This document shows, piece after piece, positions 6,490 through 13,389 of a stretch of 13,389 nt of DNA (its first letter is position 1; each line of letters opens with the position of its first letter). Made by a program: the position numbers and the translations under genes. Source of the stretch: Candidatus Hodarchaeum mangrovi (GTDB taxonomy: Archaea; Asgardarchaeota; Heimdallarchaeia; Hodarchaeales; Hodarchaeaceae); assembly GCA_016839515.1 (NCBI GenBank), contig JAEOUE010000066.1, forward strand, positions 1 to 13,389, in the 5' to 3' direction. Below the pieces are notes generated by a model. That model searched no databases. It saw only the letters and a list, made by a program, of their open reading frames with translations, and was not told the DNA's origin.

Positions 6490-9400
6490 TTATCCTACAT
6501 ATCTAAGAGCTTCAGCAGCAGGTATTCTACTTGCAACCCAACCTGGAATTGCTCCTGCAAGTAAACCTATAAAGGTAATAAATGAAAGATAGGTTATGAT
6601 AGTATTCCACGGGATTACCATTGAAACACCCATCATATTTGCGAATCCAAGATTAACAATAAGTCCATTTACAACTCCAATAAACAGTCCAACGAAACCT
6701 AGCACAAATAACTCTAATAAAGCTGACAGCATTACTTGAAAACGAGGAAATCCAATTGCACGCATCATTCCAATCTCACGTTTTCTCTCTGCAACATTAC
6801 GAACTGAAATTACCGCCATTCCTACTGCACCAATGATTAATCCAAAATTAACATAAATTTCAAGGAATGAAGTCATTTGTGTCATCATTTCTAGTTCTTC
6901 AGCAATTTTAGAATAAAGAGTAGTAGCTGTAGCAACAATGAAATTATCGTCAACAAGTTTTCGATATCCTTCATCTTGAGTATTTGTAAACTCCTCTATC
7001 TTTATGGCTAGATCCTTAATCACTGGATCATCTAATGAATAACTTGTTTTTATCAAATAAGTATCAAATTGGTTTGGAGCTCTTGAAATGGGTGAAATTC
7101 CATTAGCTTCACCAAAAAAGTTTGTATATTTAGAAAATCTCTCTGGGATGTAAATATTCCCAAGTGTACTACTAAAATCGCCTGAAAATCCACTTCTAAA
7201 TCCACTTGAAGATAAGGGAAAGCCTCCGGCACGATTCGAGTCGAAGGCACCTCCAATTGTGAATGGTTGATAATTAGGAAAACCAAACATCGAGATATTC
7301 ATGGGTACGAAGATTTGCATACCAACTGGAAGGATGAATGAATCAGTGAATACAATTGGATTCTTGATGGGTGTTCCATTGATAGTCAATACTTCTATAT
7401 CATCTAAAGTTTGAGAGAGATCAAAATCAGTAAAATCAGTATCAGATAAAGTTGCTAAGTCAAACGTAATATTATAAGCTGACATTGAGTATGATGAATT
7501 AAAAAATGCATCAAATGATTTCTTTGAAAGTTCTAGGAGTTCTTCATCTGAATAGTCGGAACTAATCGCAGAAGCAAACCCCATAGCTGATGTTGGCATT
7601 CCTGGTGGACGAATACCATCGGGTAATACTCCTAGATAAGAATCATATCTCCAGTTATCATCAGAATAATCTTGGGCTTCCCCTCGGATCTGTTCTGAAC
7701 GGAGTTCAATGTATCCAATCGGCAGGAGATGTTCCTGTGGATTAAATTCAGGAGATTGAGGATTTTTTGTCGCTAAGAATTTAGTCCAATCCGTGCGGGT
7801 CGAAAAAGTCTTCATTCCAATAACATCAGTTATACTTGAGTCTAAGTTATATAACTCATCTGTATAAGAAGTATTTTCAAGAATTATTTCCTTCTTACTC
7901 AGCTTAACATACAGATCAATTCCTCTAGAATCAGATTCGGATTGGCCAATACTACTATCTATATTTGTTGCAACTAAAGATGCAACTGTGACATTAAGTG
8001 TTAAAACAACTGCAAAGATAGCAAAAGTTAGTGTACTTCTGGTCTTATGGGAAGAAATAAGCGCTGGAGCAACCTGAGCCACTCCTTTTACCCCACTTAT
8101 TTTTATCAAACTTCCTCTTAAAATCCTCATAAGGGGAGAAAGATTCATACCAACTAGCATAACAGACCCCAAAACAATTTCAACGATGCTAATAATTAAG
8201 AGATTAATTGCATTACCTGATAAATCTGCGATCCAGCCTTCTCCCATGGCTACGACAAACATAAAGACAGGGATTGTCCATATTATAAGAGCAGTCATAT
8301 TAAATGCTTTGGATCGATCGATATAGCGTGAAATGATAATCCCGAGTCCTATTGAAAGGAATCCGAATCCTACAAGTAAGTTTTCCCATTCTTCGACAGA
8401 ATCCCAGCCAGCTGTTTCCCAGATATACTGAAATTCATCATTTAAAACTCCATTAGTAAGAAGGAAAACTAGACCTAATAACGTAAGAAGAATTCCGATT
8501 AGAGCGAAATTTCTGCCTGATCGTTCTTCAAAACTGATTTTAATTCCCCTCAACGCCTCAACTATATTTACACGACTTGCTCTTAATGCTGGAAGTAGTC
8601 CTGTTATAATTCCTAAAGTTACACCGATGATAACTGAAAAAATGATTACATATTCTTTAACTATGGGTTGAACACTTGCACTACCTGATGCAAATAGAAA
8701 AACTAAATATAAGGCAACTATTTGTCCAAAGATCAATCCACCCGCCAGGCCAAAAATTCCTCCAAATACTCCTTGAAAGATAGTCTCAAGAAACATTGAA
8801 CGAAAAATCCCACTTCGTTTTTCCCCTACGGCTCTCATTACCCCTGTTTGAAATTCGCGATCCTCTACACTCATTAATTGAACATTTGTGATCAATAAAA
8901 TGCCTGTTATGACTATAAGGAGTCCTAGTACATTTAAAAATGATGACATAAGATTGAAAATTAATTCAATTATTCCATAATAGACTAGTCGAGCTGAATC
9001 AAGATTATATACTCTAATTTCCTGGCCATTAATATATTTAGTTGGAATAGCTGCTTCTAAAGCGTCAAACTTAGCTTGCAGAAGCTCTTCATCAATAGCG
9101 TTATTGAAATGATCTTCTTGGTACGAAATTAAATAATTACCTATGATATCATGATTTCGAGTTATATCTTCTAAACTCAGCCAATCCTGTAACGCTCTGA
9201 TCGAAAATAAAACCCCTCGATAAGATGCTCCTATTCCAGGACGATTGGAATCAAAAACTCCACCTATAGAGATATTAACTCTCAGTGTGTTAAATTCTAC
9301 AGTAAAAATCGGTAATCCTGTTGTGATGTTTATTATAGGGAGACCTGTTGTTTCATTTATAACCATTACAAGAGATAAATTATTAAACTCTGTATTCAGA

Positions 9401-9903
9401 GTTATTGGGAGGGCTGATGATTTGTTCAATCCTAAATCTTCTGCTAAGGAACTTGACATCAAAGCACTTTTATTATCAATTAAATAGTCATTTATATCCA
9501 ATTCCTCTCCTGAAATCCAGTCAAAAAATGAACCAAAGACACTTGGATAATTTAGCGGAATGCCTGCCATAGAAATTGACGGTTCAAATTGTGATCCAAC
9601 CAGAGCTGGCCCATAAGTTTTCAATTCAGGCATCACACCTAACGCATCAGGGGCTAAGGACGAAATAATAGTTTCATCCGCAGTGGAGAGGTAACTTCCT
9701 GTTGCGTTTGAAACACGAATATCTACTTCCCCTTCACGAATGAGAAGGCTTGTAAGAAATGCATTCTCTAAGGTGTCGGTAGTGATTTGAATTCCGACCA
9801 TTAAGGTGACACCTAAGGTAATTGCAAGAATTGCACTTAGATTCTTTGTTTTTCTCCGGGTCAAAGAGCGTTTAACAATCTTTAAACTAGCTAGTAATCC
9901 CAT
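6490..9903 (-). CDS. Type VII (FtsX/MacB-like) ABC permease, single chain with two TM1-extracytoplasmic domain-FtsX repeats
   Basis: N-terminal RSLTRRKTK plus TM. Two FtsX coupling motifs (SVEDREFQTGVMRAVG; NVAERKREIGMMRAIG). Two C-terminal motifs (PALRASRVNIVEALR; PGWVASRIPAAEALR). AAGGTG RBS. Confidence 0.93.
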   Translation of the reverse strand: MGLLASLKIVKRSLTRRKTKNLSAILAITLGVTLMVGIQITTDTLENAFLTSLLIREGEVDIRVSNATGSYLSTADETIISSLAPDALGVMPELKTYGPALVGSQFEPSISMAGIPLNYPSVFGSFFDWISGEELDINDYLIDNKSALMSSSLAEDLGLNKSSALPITLNTEFNNLSLVMVINETTGLPIINITTGLPIFTVEFNTLRVNISIGGVFDSNRPGIGASYRGVLFSIRALQDWLSLEDITRNHDIIGNYLISYQEDHFNNAIDEELLQAKFDALEAAIPTKYINGQEIRVYNLDSARLVYYGIIELIFNLMSSFLNVLGLLIVITGILLITNVQLMSVEDREFQTGVMRAVGEKRSGIFRSMFLETIFQGVFGGIFGLAGGLIFGQIVALYLVFLFASGSASVQPIVKEYVIIFSVIIGVTLGIITGLLPALRASRVNIVEALRGIKISFEERSGRNFALIGILLTLLGLVFLLTNGVLNDEFQYIWETAGWDSVEEWENLLVGFGFLSIGLGIIISRYIDRSKAFNMTALIIWTIPVFMFVVAMGEGWIADLSGNAINLLIISIVEIVLGSVMLVGMNLSPLMRILRGSLIKISGVKGVAQVAPALISSHKTRSTLTFAIFAVVLTLNVTVASLVATNIDSSIGQSESDSRGIDLYVKLSKKEIILENTSYTDELYNLDSSITDVIGMKTFSTRTDWTKFLATKNPQSPEFNPQEHLLPIGYIELRSEQIRGEAQDYSDDNWRYDSYLGVLPDGIRPPGMPTSAMGFASAISSDYSDEELLELSKKSFDAFFNSSYSMSAYNITFDLATLSDTDFTDFDLSQTLDDIEVLTINGTPIKNPIVFTDSFILPVGMQIFVPMNISMFGFPNYQPFTIGGAFDSNRAGGFPLSSSGFRSGFSGDFSSTLGNIYIPERFSKYTNFFGEANGISPISRAPNQFDTYLIKTSYSLDDPVIKDLAIKIEEFTNTQDEGYRKLVDDNFIVATATTLYSKIAEELEMMTQMTSFLEIYVNFGLIIGAVGMAVISVRNVAERKREIGMMRAIGFPRFQVMLSALLELFVLGFVGLFIGVVNGLIVNLGFANMMGVSMVIPWNTIITYLSFITFIGLLAGAIPGWVASRIPAAEALRYVG
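9307..9360 (-). repeat. Degenerate 2 x 27-nt in-frame tandem repeat (INETTGLPI / INITTGLPI) in the first extracytoplasmic domain of the permease
   Basis: ata aat gaa aca aca ggt ctc cct ata / ata aac atc aca aca gga tta ccg att; 8 of 9 aa identical. Confidence 0.85.
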
Positions 9904-9912
9904 GAAAACACC

Positions 9913-10599
9913 TTATCTTATATTTTTACTTTGTTTAACAACGATGGTACCTGCGATAAAATCAAGGACTCTTTGCTGTCGCCCACGAGTTTTCTCTGAT
10001 AATATTCCTAGGAAAAAATCGAAAGGGAGAAATGAAGTAAGAAATGGGACTTTTGTAATATTTCTAATAAAAGACTGAGTCCAAGTAATTTTGATTCCAG
10101 ATTCGTCAACGACCAGCAAACCTAATATTTTTTTTCCTATTGTAGTAGAGTACACATATTCACAAACTATGAAATAAACAAGTATAAAGCCAAATATTGG
10201 TATACTAATAAAGAAGAAGCCAAATGGAATGTTAAGATCATGCCATTTTAAAGCATCAAGCTGAAAATCAGAAAGAATAATACGGGTGAAACCAAAAAAC
10301 ACGAATAAACCAATAATGATTGAAAAATCAATAATTGATGCAAGAACTCTAATCGTCCATCGTGCTGGTGTTGTCCCCCAATCATAGCTGATACTTATAT
10401 TTCGAGCAACTTCTGTCGGTACTCCGAATACTACCGAAGGAGGTCTCTTATCTGATGACTCCATTGCGATTCGAACATCTTCTTGTAGTTCTAACAATAC
10501 AGGAGCTTTTTGTGATTCAGAATATGGAAGAAGTTTGCTAATCGACTTTATATACCCCAATATCGAATTAGATGTTTTTTTAATTTCCATATTAGTCAC
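9913..10599 (-). CDS. RDD-family membrane protein with an N-terminal HAAS/DUF1700-like helical domain
   Basis: RDD hallmarks RVLASIID, TIGKKILGLLVV, QRVLDFIAGTIVV. N-terminal YIKSISKLLP...ELQEDV...FGVPTEVARNI. Start may be GTG 10599 or ATG 10590; an AAGGAG overlaps the padR stop. Confidence 0.88.
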   Translation of the reverse strand: MTNMEIKKTSNSILGYIKSISKLLPYSESQKAPVLLELQEDVRIAMESSDKRPPSVVFGVPTEVARNISISYDWGTTPARWTIRVLASIIDFSIIIGLFVFFGFTRIILSDFQLDALKWHDLNIPFGFFFISIPIFGFILVYFIVCEYVYSTTIGKKILGLLVVDESGIKITWTQSFIRNITKVPFLTSFLPFDFFLGILSEKTRGRQQRVLDFIAGTIVVKQSKNIR

Positions 10600-10606
10600 A
10601 TTCTCC

Positions 10607-10954
10607 TTAATTTGTATTTTTCTCAGTTATATTTAGCAACATCTGTGTAAATTCAGTTAATGAATATCCTAGGTGGAGTAAAAATTCCTTACCACTCTGA
10701 GTAAGTTGATAATATTTTAATTCCTCATCTTTTTCAATTAAATTCTCATCAACAAGACTTTTGAGCATTGGATAGATATTAGATCCAACAATCGTTATTT
10801 GTCCTTTAGATAATTCAACTATTTTTTTGATTAGAGGGAATGCAGTACTTTTTCCAACCTCCTGTAAAGCAAACAGAATAAGTGGTTTTGAAAACCCTTT
10901 TTTATATTCGGTTTGCCATTTTTGAAGGAGTGATTCTTCAATCATGAAAATCAT
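10607..10954 (-). CDS. PadR-family winged-helix transcriptional regulator
   Basis: 115 aa; KKGFSKPLILFAL, SNIYPMLKSLVDENLIE, KYYQLTQSGKEFL match the PadR pattern. Alternative start at ATG 10945. Confidence 0.9.
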   Translation of the reverse strand: MIFMIEESLLQKWQTEYKKGFSKPLILFALQEVGKSTAFPLIKKIVELSKGQITIVGSNIYPMLKSLVDENLIEKDEELKYYQLTQSGKEFLLHLGYSLTEFTQMLLNITEKNTN

Positions 10955-10982
10955 CTGTCTTTGGAAGAGTATTGGAAATCAA

Positions 10983-11022
10983 AATATATGTACTGCAAAT
11001 ATTAAGTGCCTATAAAAGGCAC
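10983..11022 (-). promoter_or_regulatory. Putative promoter/operator of the padR operon: TATA-like box within an inverted repeat, plus a downstream imperfect palindrome
   Basis: GTGCCT-ATAAA-AGGCAC (11006-11022) contains TTTTATA on the minus strand. AATATATGTACTGCAAATATT (10983-11003) has 8 of 10 symmetric pairs. Confidence 0.5.
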
Positions 11023-11503
11023 ATCTTATCGGAATAGTAGAATCTGAATGTTAATTTAACAGTATAAAAAATGAAAAAATAACAACGTTTGGTTTAAAAT
11101 ATTCGAAAATCACTGCTTAAAGTTAAAAATACAATATTTCTTAACTTCAAAATGAAATTCCAGTTAATTTTGAGAAATGATGGGTCTTAAAATAGGCAAA
11201 CAGTTGATAACACATATTTTCTTTCACTATACTGTATGAAGAATTTCTGAAGAAAAAATATCAATGTATGTGTATTAATCTCTTGAAATATCAGACTTCC
11301 TTTAGGAACTATCATTAGTTTATCTTTTTTAACCCTGTTCTCCTTGATAAATAATCTAAGCCTATTTACATTTGGATTAATACTTATTTTAAGCTATAAC
11401 ATGACTTTAGGACATAATCTTAATCTGAAATAAAAAATAATAATAAGAATTGCGAATACGTTTAAAAGGATTTAATCCAACAATATTTTGAGGTAGTTGA
11501 TTA

Positions 11504-12589
11504 ATGGTAAAAGTAGTCATAATGAAAAAAAATGGAAAAATTGAATTGCAGGAACACCCTTACCCGAGTTTAGAATCAGGAGCTGCGCTTGTAAAAACTG
11601 CTTATTCTGAAGTTTGTGGAACAGATGTACATCTTCAGAAAGGGCATTTAGCTGATGTTCCCTATCCAATCATTCCAGGACATGTCTCTACTGGAACCAT
11701 AGAAGAGTTGAATGGTGATATTTATGATATTGAGGGCAAAGTACTCCAAGAAGGGGATCCAATTACATTCTTAGATGTTCATGAGACCTGTAATAATTGC
11801 TGGTACTGTCTTGTCGCAAAGACAAGTACCCGTTGTCCTAAAAGAAAAGTATACGGAATAACTTATTCATCAAAAGAAGGACTCTTAGGAGGTTGGTCTG
11901 AATATATTTATCTTAAACCAGGTGTCAAGATAATTAAGCTTCCATATAATGAATTCATGAAAACATTTATAGCTGCTGGGTGTGGATTACCCACTGCCAT
12001 TCATGCAATTCAGCGATCTGAAATCAAACTAGGGGATACAGTTGTTATTCAAGGATCAGGACCGGTTGGTTTAATGGCTGGATTATTAGCAAAATTGAGT
12101 GGAGCGTTTCATGTTATTATGATTGGAGGTCCTGGACATCGGTTGAAGATTGCTGATTATTTTGGGATTGATACAACAATTAACATAATGGATTTTGATC
12201 CAGAAGCTCGAGTCAAACAGGTATTTGAACATACGTATAATCGGGGTGCTGATATAACTATTGAAGCAACGGGTGTACCTACAGCAGTTAAAGAAGGATT
12301 AGAAATGACTAGGGACGGGGGAACATATACCATTGTTGGACAATATACAAATGCGGGAGATGTGACAATCAATCCGCATTTAGACATTAATAAGAAACAT
12401 TTAACAATAAAAGGTTCTTGGGGTAGTGATTTTAGCCATTTCTATTTAGCGGTTGATTTAATTAAACGATATTCTACAACATATCCTTTTAAAAACACTA
12501 TTAGTCGTGAGTATTCATTAGAAGAAGCTGCAACAGCCTTAGATGATGTTGAGCATCTAAGAGTTATGAAAGCCATTATAAAACCGTAA
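11504..12589 (+). CDS. Zinc-dependent medium-chain dehydrogenase/reductase (alcohol dehydrogenase, TM0436-like)
   Basis: Catalytic-Zn CGTD...GH...GCG, structural-Zn CNNCWYC-x8-C, Rossmann GSGPVG. GAGGT RBS at 11490-11494. Confidence 0.93.
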   Translation: MVKVVIMKKNGKIELQEHPYPSLESGAALVKTAYSEVCGTDVHLQKGHLADVPYPIIPGHVSTGTIEELNGDIYDIEGKVLQEGDPITFLDVHETCNNCWYCLVAKTSTRCPKRKVYGITYSSKEGLLGGWSEYIYLKPGVKIIKLPYNEFMKTFIAAGCGLPTAIHAIQRSEIKLGDTVVIQGSGPVGLMAGLLAKLSGAFHVIMIGGPGHRLKIADYFGIDTTINIMDFDPEARVKQVFEHTYNRGADITIEATGVPTAVKEGLEMTRDGGTYTIVGQYTNAGDVTINPHLDINKKHLTIKGSWGSDFSHFYLAVDLIKRYSTTYPFKNTISREYSLEEAATALDDVEHLRVMKAIIKP

Positions 12590-12631
12590 AGAAATGGAGA
12601 TAATTATATTAAACTTGAAGGTTACAAAGAT

Positions 12632-13389
12632 TTGAAGATCGCTCTCATTCAAGTTCCCTTTCACTTGGGAAAGGAAGATATTGGTATGGGAAAGGGACCC
12701 ATCAGATTTCTAAACGCAGGAATCGATCAGAATTTGAAAGATCAAGGCTATCAAGTAAAGGTTGAAAGAATACGACTTTCAAAACAATATAAGCGTGAAT
12801 TAGAAACCATTGCTAGTTTAAATAATACATTGGGAAATGTTGTTAAAAAAGTATTAAAAGAAGGTTTTTTTCCTTTTATTCTAGGAGGAAATTGTAATAC
12901 ATGTCTAGGTACATTAGCAGGATTTGATAAACCAAAACCAGGTATAATCTGGTTAGATGCTCATGGAGATTTCAATACTCCAGAAACATCCCCAAGTGGG
13001 TTTCTTGACGGTATGGGGTTAGCCATTGCAACTGGTCAGTGTTTTCATGATATAAATGCTATAATTGAGAATATGCATCCGATTCAAGAGTCTTGTATAT
13101 TGCACATTGGAGCACGTGATTTGGATCCCGAAGAACGTAAGCTTCTAGATAGTACCGAGGTTCTTGTTGTTGAAAATAATATATTGAAGAAGAGAGGAAT
13201 ACGAAATGGTCTTCTACCAAAGTTAACAGAACTTAAGTCACAAACTCAACAAGTTTATCTCCATATAGATATAGATGTGTTTGATCCTTCAGTAGCTCCT
13301 GGTGTTGACTTTCCTACACCTGAAGGGCTTTTTCTACATGAAATGGAGGAAGCTATTAAGATAATTGGTGATAATATTCAGATTAAAGC
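12632..13389 (+). CDS. Arginase-like ureohydrolase family protein, 3' end truncated by the window edge
   Basis: Translated by hand from TTG 12632 (GAAGGT upstream): MKIALIQVPFHLGKEDIGMGKGP...ILGGNCN...IIWLDAHGDFNTPETSPSGFLDGM...IGARDLDPEE...YLHIDIDVFDPSVAPGVDFPTPEGL. Exact start uncertain. Confidence 0.9.
   Translation, partial: MKIALIQVPFHLGKEDIGMGKGPIRFLNAGIDQNLKDQGYQVKVERIRLSKQYKRELETIASLNNTLGNVVKKVLKEGFFPFILGGNCNTCLGTLAGFDKPKPGIIWLDAHGDFNTPETSPSGFLDGMGLAIATGQCFHDINAIIENMHPIQESCILHIGARDLDPEERKLLDSTEVLVVENNILKKRGIRNGLLPKLTELKSQTQQVYLHIDIDVFDPSVAPGVDFPTPEGLFLHEMEEAIKIIGDNIQIK

Noticed and set aside
6374-6592. 72-aa plus-strand ORF
   Set aside because: Antisense across the permease/ATPase junction.
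7053-7286. 77-aa alternative-frame ORF inside the permease
   Set aside because: Nested out of frame in a long conserved CDS; no recognisable motif.
9245-10078. Plus-strand ORFs 9245-9487 and 9806-10078
   Set aside because: Antisense to the permease and RDD genes.
11187-11315. 42-aa minus-strand ORF (MIVPKGSLIFQEINTHTLIFFLQKFFIQYSERKYVLSTVCLF) in the divergent spacer
   Set aside because: Short, no properly spaced RBS and no recognisable family; cannot be supported without conservation data.
12157-12387. 76-aa minus-strand ORF
   Set aside because: Antisense to the MDR dehydrogenase.
12587-12634. Dehydrogenase and ureohydrolase are in the same frame, separated by a single TAA (possible read-through fusion)
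   Set aside because: TAA is not a Sec or Pyl codon and terminates most genes here. Both proteins have complete family-typical termini, and same-frame adjacency is often chance.

Overview
AT-rich prokaryotic window with no mobile element, RNA gene or CRISPR array visible. It is probably archaeal, inferred from GGTGA-type ribosome-binding sites, TATA-like boxes and a sequon-rich membrane protein. It holds three blocks. (1) A minus-strand operon for a two-subunit 2-oxoacid:ferredoxin oxidoreductase (alpha, beta) followed by an FMN-dependent alpha-hydroxy-acid dehydrogenase that runs off the left edge and is missing from the ORF track. (2) A tightly packed minus-strand five-gene operon: PadR regulator, HAAS-like+RDD membrane protein, 1137-aa internally duplicated FtsX/MacB-type permease, a plain LolD/MacB-type ABC ATPase, and a second intact ABC ATPase carrying an unexplained ~380-aa N-terminal domain with a tentative CorA-cytoplasmic-domain resemblance. 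(3) A divergent plus-strand pair: a Zn-dependent MDR dehydrogenase and an arginase-like ureohydrolase that runs off the right edge and is also missing from the ORF track. Block 2 is the best candidate for an undescribed system. Several enzymes also show non-canonical active-site motifs.
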